A DNA stretch of 61,214 nt from assembly GCA_039933775.1 (NCBI GenBank), contig JBDTNK010000004.1, forward strand, positions 1 through 61,214. The letters are read 5' to 3'. Source of the stretch: Chloroflexota bacterium. GTDB lineage: Bacteria; Chloroflexota; Limnocylindria; QHBO01. The position numbers were made by a program, and so were the translations under genes. Below the pieces are notes generated by a model. That model saw nothing but the letters and a program-made list of their open reading frames with translations, made no database searches and was not told the origin of the DNA. The stretch's first letter is position 1. Every line of letters begins with the position of its first letter. This document shows positions 1-10,326 of this stretch, piece after piece.

Positions 1-358
1 CCTCGTTGATGTAGAACGGCGGCACCTTGCTCGGGTTGAGCACCTCGAACCGATCGACAGCGACTTCGACTTCACCGGTCGACAGCTCGACGTTCGTCGT
101 GCCTTCAGGCCGATGCCGCACGATCCCCTCGACCTGCACGACCCACTCGTTTCGCGCTGGCTCGGCGGCGGCGTGCGCGTCCGGAGCGTCGTCGGAACTG
201 GTGACGACCTGGGTCATCCCGTACCGGTCGCGCAGGTCGAAAAAGGTCAGGTGGCCGTGATCGCGACGGCGGTGCACCCAGCCGGCGAGCGTAACGCGCT
301 GGCCGACGTGCTCGGCGCGCAGCTCACCACAGGTGTAGGTCCGAAAGGCTTGCGACAT
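1..358 (-). CDS. aspS: aspartate--tRNA ligase, N-terminal part (runs off window start)
   Basis: Manual reverse-strand translation from ATG 358: [47 protein letters not shown], the typical AspRS OB-fold start; near hisS. Confidence 0.93.
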   Translation of the reverse strand, partial: MSQAFRTYTCGELRAEHVGQRVTLAGWVHRRRDHGHLTFFDLRDRYGMTQVVTSSDDAPDAHAAAEPARNEWVVQVEGIVRHRPEGTTNVELSTGEVEVAVDRFEVLNPSKVPPFYINE

Positions 359-406
359 GGGCTCGCCATGGTACCCGAGCGATCAGGCGACGTAGTATCG
401 AAGCCG

Positions 407-826
407 ATGAACCTGTACCTCGCGGCCATGCTCCTGTTCGCCGGCCTTGCCGCTCTCCTGATCGCGCTCGGCCCGTCCTTGCTGCCGCTCGGGCTGCAGC
501 GGTCGCTCGCGGCGCTGCTCATCGGGCTGCTGGCGGGGTTCGCGACGATTGCGCTCCCGATGCTGATGCTTCCTGCGTTTGCGATTGGCAGCATCCTGTC
601 GATGAACTACGTCCGCAACGGCCGGCTGCGCGACACAGGGCTGCTACTCGCAGGCGCGGGGCTCGTGTGGACGACGGTATGGGGCCGGAATGCCTGGAAC
701 GCGGCCGTCGACCCGGCAGTCACCAGCAGCGATGCCGGCTTCTTCCTGGCGATCGGCGTCGGGATGCTCGTGGGCGGTGTCGCTTTCATCATCCGCCCTG
801 CGGCAGCTCGCCGCCCGAGGGCTTGA
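407..826 (+). CDS. hypothetical integral membrane protein
   Basis: C-terminal part of ORF 113..826 from ATG 407; several hydrophobic segments; TAGTAT 8 nt upstream of ATG. Confidence 0.7.
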   Translation: MNLYLAAMLLFAGLAALLIALGPSLLPLGLQRSLAALLIGLLAGFATIALPMLMLPAFAIGSILSMNYVRNGRLRDTGLLLAGAGLVWTTVWGRNAWNAAVDPAVTSSDAGFFLAIGVGMLVGGVAFIIRPAAARRPRA

Positions 827-952
827 CACCGGCACTGCTGGTCAGGCGTCGGGCGATATATCAGTAGTGATATAGCCGCCAACGGCCTTTGCCCCTACCC
901 GCGACAGGACTCCCAAGGCCGGCCCGATGCGCCGGCGTCAGGCGCCAGTGCT

Positions 953-2140
953 TTAGGTGAGCCCTCCAAAGGCAAGCTCGCCTGTGCTGACGATCCGCTC
1001 GAGCTGCTCGACCACTGCTGCGGGGGCGGGCATGGCGTCGATCTCCGCACGCACGAGACCGGCATTCCGGCGATAGGCTGGCTCCTGTAGGACCGTTCGC
1101 ACCTCGTCCGCGATGGCTTCCGCGCCAGCAGCATCGGGCCGCAGGGAGCGACCTGATCCACTGCGCTCGACGCCCTCGGCGTTGCGGAACTGGTCGGCTG
1201 CCTGCGGGAGGCAGACCTGCGGCACGCCATGACCCAATCCAGCCAGAACCGTCCCCGAGCCGCCGTGAGACACGACCGCGGCGCAGCGTGGCAGGACGGC
1301 GGTCTGGGCGACGTAGCGCTCGACCGTGACGTTCGTCGGCTGGCGACCGAGCAGCGCCGGATCGTTGTCCGGGCCGACCGTCACGAGCACGCGCACCGCC
1401 AGGGAGGCAACGGCATCAACCGCGGCCTTGAAGCGCGCCGCACGGTTTTGGACCGTTCCGAGCGTCACGTAGACGAGCGGTGCGGCCGACTCAACCTCCA
1501 GCCCCTCCGGCAGCCGCTCCGGATCCGGGCCAGCCCATGGCACCGGACGCAGCCGCAAGATCCGGGAGATGTGCTCGAGCGGCACGGTCTGGATCAGAGA
1601 CGGACAGATGTCGAGGTAGGCCGACCGGTAGCAGCCGGCGTACGGAGGCTGAGCGCGGCCGTGGTCGACCCACAGCGGCGCGACGTACGCACCGGCTTCC
1701 TGCACCACGGAGGGCGGCGTGGCACCCCCGAACGAGTGCGTCACGCACGGCCTGTCGAGCACGGCAGCGACGAGTGGCGCGGCAAGCTCGCCCTGTTCGT
1801 GGATGAGCAGGTCCGGCGCCCAAGCCGTCGCCAGCGGCAGCAGATCGGCCAGCATCCGTGGCGTGGCGGCGCCTCCAAAGAGACGAGGAAACATGTATTC
1901 GCCCATCTCGTCCGGCCGCACATCCGACGCGGCCGCGACGAGCGCATCTCGCGCGCGGATATGCTCGGCATGCGTCAGTCCCGCGGGCACGACCTCGATG
2001 CCGGCTGCTGCGATGAGCGGGCTCGCCTCGCTGGTGGTCGCCCACAGCACCGTGTGGCCGGCAGCCTGCAGCGCGCGGGCCAAGGGCACCATCGGAAAGA
2101 TGTGCCCGTAGCCCGATGTCGACGAGATCAACACCCGCAC
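953..2140 (-). CDS. GT1-family glycosyltransferase (EryCIII/MGT-like)
   Basis: GYGHIFPMVPLARAL N-terminal motif, VYVTLGT, HGGSGT...PQAADQF; GTG start 2140 just after hisS stop. Confidence 0.88.
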   Translation of the reverse strand: MRVLISSTSGYGHIFPMVPLARALQAAGHTVLWATTSEASPLIAAAGIEVVPAGLTHAEHIRARDALVAAASDVRPDEMGEYMFPRLFGGAATPRMLADLLPLATAWAPDLLIHEQGELAAPLVAAVLDRPCVTHSFGGATPPSVVQEAGAYVAPLWVDHGRAQPPYAGCYRSAYLDICPSLIQTVPLEHISRILRLRPVPWAGPDPERLPEGLEVESAAPLVYVTLGTVQNRAARFKAAVDAVASLAVRVLVTVGPDNDPALLGRQPTNVTVERYVAQTAVLPRCAAVVSHGGSGTVLAGLGHGVPQVCLPQAADQFRNAEGVERSGSGRSLRPDAAGAEAIADEVRTVLQEPAYRRNAGLVRAEIDAMPAPAAVVEQLERIVSTGELAFGGLT

Positions 2141-2144
2141 CGGG

Positions 2145-3407
2145 CTAGCCCTCGGTGACGATCCGCGCCACGTCGGCGAGGTCAAGCCCATCGCGCTGCT
2201 CGCCGCTGTCAAGGTCCTTCAACGCCAGCCGTTCCGGCTCGGAGTCGAGGATCACGGCCCAGCGCGCACGGTGCTTCGCGGCCGACTCGAGCTGCTTGCC
2301 GAGCTTGCGCGAGCTGCCGTCGGCGCGCACCGCGATGCCCGCGTCGCGCAACCGCGTGGCGGCCAGCAGCCGTACGACAGCCGGTCCGTCCCCGACCACC
2401 GCAACCAGCGGCTGCTCCGCTGCCAGCGCAACGCCCTGCGCCTCCATCGCCAGGATCGTTCGGTCGAGGCCGATGCCGAAGCCGATCCCCGGCGTCAGTC
2501 GCCCCCCGAGCAGCTCCACGAGGCCGTCGTAGCGTCCCCCACCGCCCAGCGCGTCCTGCTGCCCCTCGCGGTCGGGGGCGAAGAACTCGAAGCTGGTGCG
2601 CGTGTAGTAGTCGAGCCCGCGCACCAGCCGGTGGTCGATCTCGTGCGGCAGTGCCAATGCATCGAGCAGCGCCAGGACGCCGTTGAAGTGCTCGCGGCAT
2701 GGGTCGCACAGGTGATCGATCGAGCGCGGTGCCCCGGCCGTGAGCTCGGCATCGAGCCCCTTGTCGTCGAGCACGCGCAGCGGGTTCACGTGCAGCCGCC
2801 GACGTGAGTCATCGGTCAGTTGGCTCTGGTGGGCGCTGAAATAGTCGATGAGCGCCTCGCGGTAGGCGGGACGGCAGACGGCATCGCCGATCGAGTTGAC
2901 GTGCGCCGTGACCCCGACCACGCCGACCTCGTCGTAGAAGCGCAGCGCCAGCTCGATCAGCTCGGCATCAACCGCCGGGCCGACATCGCCGATGACCTCC
3001 ACGTCCCACTGCGTGAACTGACGGTAGCGGCCCGCCTGCGGACGGTCGTAGCGGAACATCGGGCCGATCGTCGTGAGGCGCAGCGGTCCGGGCCGCACGT
3101 GCATGCCGTGCTCGATGTAGGCGCGGACGATGCCGGCGGTCGGCTCCGGACGCAGCACCCACTCGGCCCGTTCCTCGTCGCTGCCGCGCGCACCGCTGAC
3201 GCGGAACATCTCCTTCTCCACGGCATCGCTCGACTCGCCCAAGCCACGGGAGAAGAGCTCGGCACGCTCGAAGAGCGGAATCTCGATGCGCTCGAGGGCG
3301 TAGCGCCGGCTCAGGTCGCGGGCAACCGCCTCGACCCGGTTCCAGGCGGGCGCCGCTTCGGGCAGCACGTCGCGCGTGCCGCGCGGAGCGGTGACCTTGG
3401 TTGCCAT
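2145..3407 (-). CDS. hisS: histidine--tRNA ligase
   Basis: APRGTRD, LRPEPTA, FRYDRPQAGRYRQF, LVRGLDYY, GGGRYDGL. Confidence 0.98.
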   Translation of the reverse strand: MATKVTAPRGTRDVLPEAAPAWNRVEAVARDLSRRYALERIEIPLFERAELFSRGLGESSDAVEKEMFRVSGARGSDEERAEWVLRPEPTAGIVRAYIEHGMHVRPGPLRLTTIGPMFRYDRPQAGRYRQFTQWDVEVIGDVGPAVDAELIELALRFYDEVGVVGVTAHVNSIGDAVCRPAYREALIDYFSAHQSQLTDDSRRRLHVNPLRVLDDKGLDAELTAGAPRSIDHLCDPCREHFNGVLALLDALALPHEIDHRLVRGLDYYTRTSFEFFAPDREGQQDALGGGGRYDGLVELLGGRLTPGIGFGIGLDRTILAMEAQGVALAAEQPLVAVVGDGPAVVRLLAATRLRDAGIAVRADGSSRKLGKQLESAAKHRARWAVILDSEPERLALKDLDSGEQRDGLDLADVARIVTEG

Positions 3408-3437
3408 CGGCGCCAGTCTAGCGGCGCGGGAGAACTG

Positions 3438-5651
3438 TCAGTGGACCTCTCGCGTCACGCTCGTCACGTCATGGAGGCGCTCGATGCGGCTCAGCACCTT
3501 GGAGAGCTGCTGCAGCGAGGTGACCTTGAGGGTGACGGTGATGGCGGCCATGCCATCGGACCGCACGCCGACCGAGGCGGCCACGATGTTGACCTTGTAC
3601 TCGGCCACCACGTTCGTGACCTCGTTGAGCAGCCCCGGCCGGTCGAGCGCCTCGATGAGCACGGTGATCGGATAGGTCTGCTGCCCGGCGATCTCCCAAT
3701 CGACCTCGATCAGGCGCTCGATGTCGCGCTCTGACAGAACCGATGGGCAGGACGCGCGATGGATTGTCACGCCCTTGCCGCGGGTGACATAGCCAACGAT
3801 GTCGTCGCCGGGAATCGGCGAGCAGCATTTCGCGAAGCGCACCAGCAGGTCGCCGACGCCCTTCACCTTAACGCCGGTCGTCGACGGCGCCGCCGGCGGC
3901 GCCTCCTCGGGCAGGGTGATCGCGACGTCATCGTGGATCTCGAGCTTGGAGACGACGCTCGCCGAGCTCACCGCGCCGTAGCCGATCGCGGCATAGAAAT
4001 CGTCGAGCTCGCGGAACCGAAGGTGAGCGGCGATATCGGTCACCTTGGCCAGGTCCACCGTCTGCAGCGTCTCGTGAGCGAGGCGCCGCAGCTCGCGGTC
4101 CAGCAGCTCACGGCCCTGGGCAATGTTCTCGTCGCGCTGCTGGCGCTTGAACCACTGCCGGATCTTCTCCTTGGCGTGACTGGTCCGGACGATGTTCATC
4201 CAGTCGCGCGACGGGCCGTGCGCGGCCTTGGTGGTGATGACCTCGACGATGTCGCCGTTGCGCAGCCGGTAGTCGAGAGGCACCAGCCGGTTGTTGACCT
4301 TGGTGCCGATGCAGCGATGGCCGACATCGGTATGGATGCGGTAGGCGAAGTCCAGGGCGGTGGCGCCGGCCGGCATGTCCTTCACGTCGCCCTTCGGGGT
4401 GAAGACGAAGACCTGGTCCTGGAAGACGTCGAGCTTGAGGCCCTCGACGAACTCGGTGGCATCGGCCACCTCGCGCTGCCAATCCATCAGCTGGCGCACC
4501 CAGGCCAGCTTCTCGTCGTAGCGACGATCGCCGCGACTGCCCTCCTTGTAGCGCCAGTGGGCGGCGATGCCGGCCTCCGCCACCTCGTGCATCTGGCGCG
4601 TCCGGATCTGAACCTCCAGCGGCTTGGCTTCGGGACCGATGACCGCGGTGTGCAGCGACTGGTACATGTTCGCCTTTGGCATGGCGATGTAGTCGTCGAA
4701 CTGGCCCGGAATCGGGCGCCACAGCGAGTGCACCACGCCCAGCGCGGCGTAGCAGTCCTTGACGTCCTCGACCAGGACGCGGATGGCGTGCAGGTCGTAG
4801 ATCTCGCTGAACTCCGCGGATTTGCGCTCCATCTTCTTGTGAATCGAGTACAGGTGCTTGGGCCGGCCGCTGATGTCGGCGTTCAGGCCGACTTTGCCGA
4901 GCTCCTTGCGCAGGATGCTGATGCTGCGGCTGATGAATCCCTCGCGCGACCGGCGACGATCGGCCAGCATGGCGACGAGTTGGCGGTACTTGTCGGGCTC
5001 GATCTCCTTGAAGGCAAGATCCTCGAGCTCCCACTTGACCTGCCACATACCGAGCCGATGCGCCAGCGGGGCGTAGATCTCCATCGTCTGGCGCGCGATG
5101 CGGGCACGCTTCTCGGGCGTCAGGTACTCGAGCGTGCGCATATTGTGCAGCCGGTCGGCGAGCTTGATGACCACCACGCGCACGTCCTCGGCCATGGCGA
5201 GGAACATCTTGCGGATGTTCTCCGCCTGCTGCTCTTCGACCGATCGCGCGCTGCCGAACTTGCTGAGCTTGGTGACCCCGTCGACCAGCTGCGCCACCTC
5301 GCGCCCGAATCGCTTCTCGATATCGGCGATCGTGACGTCGGTGTCCTCGGGCACGTCGTGCAGCAGGGCGGCGGCGATGGTCTCGGCGTCGAGCTGCAGC
5401 CCGGCGAGGTAGTGCGCGACTGCCACCGGGTGGATGAGGTACGGCTCGCCCGAACCGCGCAGCTGCCCCTCGTGCGCCTCGGCGGCCAGCTCATGAGCAC
5501 GTTCAATGAGACCGACGTTGATCGTCGGCCGATGTCGACGCGCCTCCGCGACGACGTCCTCGATCGTGAGCGAGCCCGACGCTCCTCCGTTGCCGGTGAT
5601 CCGGTGGACCACCGCGGCCGGCGCCGCTCGCAAGCGTGCCAGCTGGCTCAT
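3438..5651 (-). CDS. relA: bifunctional (p)ppGpp synthetase/hydrolase, long RSH
   Basis: LLHDVPED, KLADRLHNMRT, YQSLHT, AAHWRYK, TGS and ACT domains; start 5651 chosen from TACGAT 7 nt upstream. Confidence 0.96.
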   Translation of the reverse strand: MSQLARLRAAPAAVVHRITGNGGASGSLTIEDVVAEARRHRPTINVGLIERAHELAAEAHEGQLRGSGEPYLIHPVAVAHYLAGLQLDAETIAAALLHDVPEDTDVTIADIEKRFGREVAQLVDGVTKLSKFGSARSVEEQQAENIRKMFLAMAEDVRVVVIKLADRLHNMRTLEYLTPEKRARIARQTMEIYAPLAHRLGMWQVKWELEDLAFKEIEPDKYRQLVAMLADRRRSREGFISRSISILRKELGKVGLNADISGRPKHLYSIHKKMERKSAEFSEIYDLHAIRVLVEDVKDCYAALGVVHSLWRPIPGQFDDYIAMPKANMYQSLHTAVIGPEAKPLEVQIRTRQMHEVAEAGIAAHWRYKEGSRGDRRYDEKLAWVRQLMDWQREVADATEFVEGLKLDVFQDQVFVFTPKGDVKDMPAGATALDFAYRIHTDVGHRCIGTKVNNRLVPLDYRLRNGDIVEVITTKAAHGPSRDWMNIVRTSHAKEKIRQWFKRQQRDENIAQGRELLDRELRRLAHETLQTVDLAKVTDIAAHLRFRELDDFYAAIGYGAVSSASVVSKLEIHDDVAITLPEEAPPAAPSTTGVKVKGVGDLLVRFAKCCSPIPGDDIVGYVTRGKGVTIHRASCPSVLSERDIERLIEVDWEIAGQQTYPITVLIEALDRPGLLNEVTNVVAEYKVNIVAASVGVRSDGMAAITVTLKVTSLQQLSKVLSRIERLHDVTSVTREVH

Positions 5652-5694
5652 GCTCGCGATCGTAGCACGCGCCACGCTCGCGTCCGCCGGGCGC

Positions 5695-6777
5695 TCAGGC
5701 GTCGGATGAGTCCGATGGCGGCGCCTCGCGGCCCAGGATCTTCAGACGCAGCCGCTGGGCGCGGCCATATACAGGAATGGCAGCGCGCAGCGCCAGGTCG
5801 ACCGGCGCACGGAGGGCCAGGTCGCGAGCCCCGACGTACGCGACCTCCCGGCCGCCGAAGCCCATTTTGAACTGCGCGATGCCGCCGGTCGCGATGCCCC
5901 AGAAGTCGTAGGTCTCGTAGCCTTCTGCCTTGAAGTCAGCAATGGCAGCCCACTTGAGCAGGTAGTTGGCGCGCGACTCCGCGCCCACGTCGGTCATGCC
6001 ACCGTACGCCTCGACGGCGCGCTTGCCGCAGGTGAAATGGAAGATCGTCGCGACGCGCTCGCCATCGATCGTCGCGAAGCTGAGCCGGCAACGGCCGGCC
6101 GGCGCGAAGATCGACCAGACGCGCTCGTAGTAGTACGGCATGCGCGCCACGAAGCCGGCGCGATCGGCGGTCAGGTTGTAGATGCGGTTGAAGTCACCGA
6201 GCGCCGCCCTGGCCATGTCCGGATCGGTCGTGCCGTCGATGCGCTCGATCGTCACGCCGGCACGCTCCGCCTTGTTCACGTACTGCCGATGCTTGCGCCG
6301 CATCCCCGCGCGCAGCTCGTCGATGGAGGATCCCAGATCCAGGAGGCGCGTCGTGGGCGGCTGCACCTTGGCCGCGGCGCGCCATGGCGCAGCGTTCAGC
6401 GCGGCACCGTACGCGTCGTCGGAGGTCGTCTCCGGATCGGTGCGCACCGTCGCGATCCGCTCTGCCCTGCCCAGGCCGCGCAGCGCGGCGACGAGCGCGG
6501 CGCGCACCCACGGGTCGTCCAGCTGACCGATGGGTCCGCGCGGCACGTACGCCAGCCGCCAGCCGATGAGCGGCACCGCCCGCAGGAGGAGCTGCGCCCC
6601 GGCGAGCGGCTCTCCGCGGCGCGGCCCGACGAGCAGGCGGACCGGCTGCCAGCCACCCATGGCGCGCAGCTCGCCCCACTCCCACAGCTGCGGGAAGGCG
6701 TGGTACGCAGCAGTGTCCACGAAGGCGTTCCAGGCGTCGCGATCGGTCTCGCGCCAGGCGTGCAGGTCGTTCGTCAT
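5695..6777 (-). CDS. FemAB/FemX-family peptidoglycan bridge peptidyltransferase
   Basis: QLWEWGELR, YVPRGP, NYLLKW, YDFWG, FKMGFGG; start overlaps murE stop. Confidence 0.9.
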   Translation of the reverse strand: MTNDLHAWRETDRDAWNAFVDTAAYHAFPQLWEWGELRAMGGWQPVRLLVGPRRGEPLAGAQLLLRAVPLIGWRLAYVPRGPIGQLDDPWVRAALVAALRGLGRAERIATVRTDPETTSDDAYGAALNAAPWRAAAKVQPPTTRLLDLGSSIDELRAGMRRKHRQYVNKAERAGVTIERIDGTTDPDMARAALGDFNRIYNLTADRAGFVARMPYYYERVWSIFAPAGRCRLSFATIDGERVATIFHFTCGKRAVEAYGGMTDVGAESRANYLLKWAAIADFKAEGYETYDFWGIATGGIAQFKMGFGGREVAYVGARDLALRAPVDLALRAAIPVYGRAQRLRLKILGREAPPSDSSDA

Positions 6778-8270
6778 GCCTCCGGAGCGTACCCCGCCGC
6801 GCGCAGCGCACGTCGGGCGGCGGCGCGATCGTCCCACGGGCGCTTGGTGCCGCCGTAGATCATCGACGCCTCGTGGCCCTTGCCGGCCAGCAGCAGCACG
6901 TCGTCCGGCCGCGCCATGCCGATCGCGGTCGCGATGGCCTCGTCACGATCGTCCACCACCCAGAGCGTCTCGCCGTCGCGCGCGCCTGCCGCCCGCGCGC
7001 CAGCCGCGATTTCCTCGTTGATGCCGCGCGGGTCCTCCAGGCGCGGGTCCTCGTCGGTGACGATGACGAGGTCGGCGCGTTCGGCCGCCACGCGGCCCAT
7101 CGCCGGGCGCTTGGCGCGATCCCGCTCCCCCGCCGAGCCGAAGAGGACGATCAGCCGGCCAGCGGCGAGCGGGCGGAGGACGTCGAGCACCTTGCGCAGG
7201 GAATCGGCCGTATGTGCGTAGTCGACGATGACGCCGAACGGTTGCCCAACCGCGATCGTCTCCATCCGTCCGGGCACGCCTGAAGTCCTCTCGAGCGCCG
7301 CGGCGGCCGTCGCCACGTCGAGCCCCAGCGCCTCGACCACGCCCAGCGCCGCCAGCGCGTTCGACACGTTGAATCGGCCCGGCAGGGGCAGGCGGACCGC
7401 ATCGCTCCAGCTCGGCGCGGCGAGCTGGAATCGCGTCCCGGCGGCATCGGCGATCAACACGCTGGCGCGAAGGTCCGCATCGGTCTCGATGCCATAAGTC
7501 AGCACCCGGTCGCGCGCCCGCTCGCGGAAGTAGCCGAAGCTCGCATCGTCCGCGTTCAGCACCGCGATCGGCGCCTCCTCGACGAGCTTCGCCTTGGCCG
7601 CCCGGTACGCCTCGAGCGTGCCGTGGAACTCGAGGTGCTCGCTCGTCACGGTCGTCACGACCCCGACGTCGAAGCGACAGTTGCGCGTGCGCTCCAGCGC
7701 CAGGCCGTGGCTGGTGGCCTCCATCACCACGCTGTCGTTGCCGGCGACGACCATGGCCGCCAGCAGCTCCTGCAGCTCGAGCGCCTCGGGCGTCGTGGTG
7801 CGATCGACGTTCAGTTGCCGCTCATCGCCGACCGTCACGAAGACCGTGCCGATCTCGCCGGGACGACGACCGGTGGCTCGCAGCACGTCGGCGGTGAGCG
7901 CCGCGGTGGTCGACTTGCCATCGGTGCCGGTGATGCCGATGACGGCCAGCCGCTCCGACGGCCGACCGAACCAGGCGTCGGCCGCATCCGCCAGCGCCCG
8001 GCGGCTGCGATCCACGACCAGCTGCGGCAGCGCCGCCTCGACGATCTCGCGTTCAACGACGAGGCCCACCGCTCCACGCTCGACGGCCTGCGGCACGTAG
8101 TCATGCCCGTCGACATGCACACCGTGGACGGCGAAGAAAACCGTGCCCGGCTGCACGTCGCGCGAATCGTAGGCCAGGCCACGGACCTCCCCCACGGGCA
8201 GGCCACGCACCCGCTCGGGACCGATGACATCGGTGAGCTGGCCCAGGCCCATGCTGCGCGGCTGGCTCAT
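6774..8270 (-). CDS. murE: UDP-MurNAc-tripeptide synthetase
   Basis: DSRDVQPG, GITGTDGKST, TTPEA, VPGRME, VDYAHT, EDPR, GKGHE. Confidence 0.95.
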   Translation of the reverse strand: MSQPRSMGLGQLTDVIGPERVRGLPVGEVRGLAYDSRDVQPGTVFFAVHGVHVDGHDYVPQAVERGAVGLVVEREIVEAALPQLVVDRSRRALADAADAWFGRPSERLAVIGITGTDGKSTTAALTADVLRATGRRPGEIGTVFVTVGDERQLNVDRTTTPEALELQELLAAMVVAGNDSVVMEATSHGLALERTRNCRFDVGVVTTVTSEHLEFHGTLEAYRAAKAKLVEEAPIAVLNADDASFGYFRERARDRVLTYGIETDADLRASVLIADAAGTRFQLAAPSWSDAVRLPLPGRFNVSNALAALGVVEALGLDVATAAAALERTSGVPGRMETIAVGQPFGVIVDYAHTADSLRKVLDVLRPLAAGRLIVLFGSAGERDRAKRPAMGRVAAERADLVIVTDEDPRLEDPRGINEEIAAGARAAGARDGETLWVVDDRDEAIATAIGMARPDDVLLLAGKGHEASMIYGGTKRPWDDRAAARRALRAAGYAPEA

Positions 8271-9343
8271 CGGTGCAGGCGGCGCACGATGCCGCGCAGC
8301 CCGGCGCGGGCCTGCCCGACCGCGGCACGCAGGCGATACAGCCGCGGGCTGATCACGATGTCCCAGGTGCCCGCCCAGCGCACCTCGCTGCCGCCGAAGC
8401 CCTTCTTGAACAGTCCGACGCCGTACCAGGGATGCTGCGCGTCGGCGCCGGATGGCGCGACGCCCCACAGGTCGTGGAGGAGAACGCCACGGTCGCGTGC
8501 GTACCGCATCATCTCCCACTGCAGGGCATACGTCGCGTAGCGCTTCGCCTCGCCGCGTTGCTCGCGCGTGGAGCCGGCGAACAGGTAGAACGACCGATCG
8601 CCCTCGATCGCGAGCATCCCCGACGCCAGCAGCTCCTCCCCGCGGCGCGCCTCGAAGATCGACGCCACGCCTCCGCCGCCAAGCGCCTGCCAGGCGAGCC
8701 GGTAGCGGCGCAGCCCGGGCATCGGGAAGCCCGCGCGTCGCTGGGTCTGGCCCACCAGCTCGTGGAGCCGATCGATGGCCGACAGGTCGCCCACGTCATC
8801 GATCCGATGCACCTCGACGCCCTCGCGATCGGCACGGCGCACCGCGTAGCGCGTGTCCTTGTCGAACGCGGCGATCAGCGTCTCGTCGTCGGCCAGCGGC
8901 ACGATCCGCGTCTGCCCGACCTGGATCGTCGCGCCCGCGCGTCGCAGGCCACGGTTCACGAATGCTGCGAGCTCCGGTGCGCGGGCCGCGAGGCGCGGCT
9001 CGAGCTTCACGGCCAGCGCGCCGTCGGCGTGCGCCGCGGCGCGCAGACCCGTCACCATCGCGCCGAGCCGCTCGCCAGCTGCTTCGTGGCCATAGTCGAG
9101 CACCGGTCCATGCGGCACGTACCACATCGAGCGCCCCAGCGGCAGGCGCCGGACCTGTGCGGCCACGATGCCGACCGTCGTGCCGTCCTGCTCCAGCACG
9201 AAGCGGCGCTGCGGCTCGCCGTCGTGGGCTGCCACGACCGCCCAGCCCCAGTCGTGCAGGAAGTCGCCGCTGTGCGTGGCGCCCAGGAACGCCTGCCACG
9301 CCGCTTGGTCGGCTGCGACCACCGGCCGGAACTGAAGGCTCAT
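8267..9343 (-). CDS. FemAB/FemX-family peptidoglycan bridge peptidyltransferase
   Basis: [33 protein letters not shown]. Confidence 0.9.
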   Translation of the reverse strand: MSLQFRPVVAADQAAWQAFLGATHSGDFLHDWGWAVVAAHDGEPQRRFVLEQDGTTVGIVAAQVRRLPLGRSMWYVPHGPVLDYGHEAAGERLGAMVTGLRAAAHADGALAVKLEPRLAARAPELAAFVNRGLRRAGATIQVGQTRIVPLADDETLIAAFDKDTRYAVRRADREGVEVHRIDDVGDLSAIDRLHELVGQTQRRAGFPMPGLRRYRLAWQALGGGGVASIFEARRGEELLASGMLAIEGDRSFYLFAGSTREQRGEAKRYATYALQWEMMRYARDRGVLLHDLWGVAPSGADAQHPWYGVGLFKKGFGGSEVRWAGTWDIVISPRLYRLRAAVGQARAGLRGIVRRLHR

Positions 9344-10326
9344 GTCGCGCCGCTGCCGTCCGACACTCGGCGTGCGCGAGGATGCGCGTCCCGGTAGGCG
9401 CTGCGCAGTGCCGCGTCGGAGAGATGGGTGTAGATCTGGGTCGTGGCCAGGCTCGCGTGGCCGAGCAGCTCCTGCACCACCCGCAGGTCCGCCCCTCCTT
9501 CGAGCAGGTGCGTCGCGAACGAGTGCCGCAGGGTGTGTGGTGATGTGGTCACCGGCACGCCGGTCTCCCGCACCCAGTGCTCCACGATGAGCCGTGCCCC
9601 GCGGGCCGTCAGCGGGCCGCCACGCGCGTTGAGGAAGACGCGATCGTGCGCGACGGCGCCGGCCCGTGCGGCGAGCATCGGTCGCGCGTCACGCAGGTAC
9701 GTCGCCATCGCGGCCGCGGCGGGCTTGCCGAAGAGCAGCTCGCGCTCACGATTGCCCTTGCCGAGGACGCGCAGGCGGCGGCGTCCCAGGTCCAGGCCGG
9801 CATGCGACAGGCCGGCGAGCTCCGAGATCCGCATGCCGGTCGCGTACAGCAGCTCGAGCAGCGCATGGTCGCGCTGCGCGCGCGCGGCTGCGAGGCCGTT
9901 GCCGGCGGTCGCGCGCTGCGGCCCCTCGACGAGGCGCTCCGCCGCTTCGGCGTCGAGGACCGATGGCAGCCGGCCCGGGCGCTTCGGCGCGCGCAGCGCC
10001 GCCGTCGGGTCGCTGCGCACCGTGCCGTCGCGCACGGCGTCGCGGTAGAAGGTGCGCAGCGCCGAGAGCTTGCCGCCGACTGTCGAAGCCGACAGCGATC
10101 GATCGGCGAGCTCGCCGAGGTAGCGCATCAGGGCGCTACGCGACGGCGCCTGCCACGGGGCTCCCTGGCGTTCCATGGCGCCGAGGAACTCGGCGATGTT
10201 GCGGCGGTACTCGATGATCGTGCGCGGCGACGCGTTGCGCGCAGCCAGGTGCGCGAGGAAGCGCTCGAGCGTCGCTGCAGCGGCGGCATCCACGCGGATC
10301 GGCTCGGAGCGGCCGGGTTCAGCCAC
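9340..10326 (-). CDS. xerC: XerC/XerD-family tyrosine recombinase
   Basis: [38 protein letters not shown]; GTG start overlapping topA stop; dprA-topA-xerC synteny. Confidence 0.88.
   Translation of the reverse strand: MAEPGRSEPIRVDAAAAATLERFLAHLAARNASPRTIIEYRRNIAEFLGAMERQGAPWQAPSRSALMRYLGELADRSLSASTVGGKLSALRTFYRDAVRDGTVRSDPTAALRAPKRPGRLPSVLDAEAAERLVEGPQRATAGNGLAAARAQRDHALLELLYATGMRISELAGLSHAGLDLGRRRLRVLGKGNRERELLFGKPAAAAMATYLRDARPMLAARAGAVAHDRVFLNARGGPLTARGARLIVEHWVRETGVPVTTSPHTLRHSFATHLLEGGADLRVVQELLGHASLATTQIYTHLSDAALRSAYRDAHPRARRVSDGSGAT

Noticed and set aside
823-828. TTGACA as a -35 element
   Set aside because: No -10 hexamer at 16-18 nt spacing; overlaps a stop codon
852-880. dif site
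   Set aside because: Lacks the TTATG XerD arm and the 11-6-11 layout
9340-10326. Tyrosine recombinase as a prophage or island integrase
   Set aside because: Sits in the conserved topA-xerC context with no phage or mobility genes
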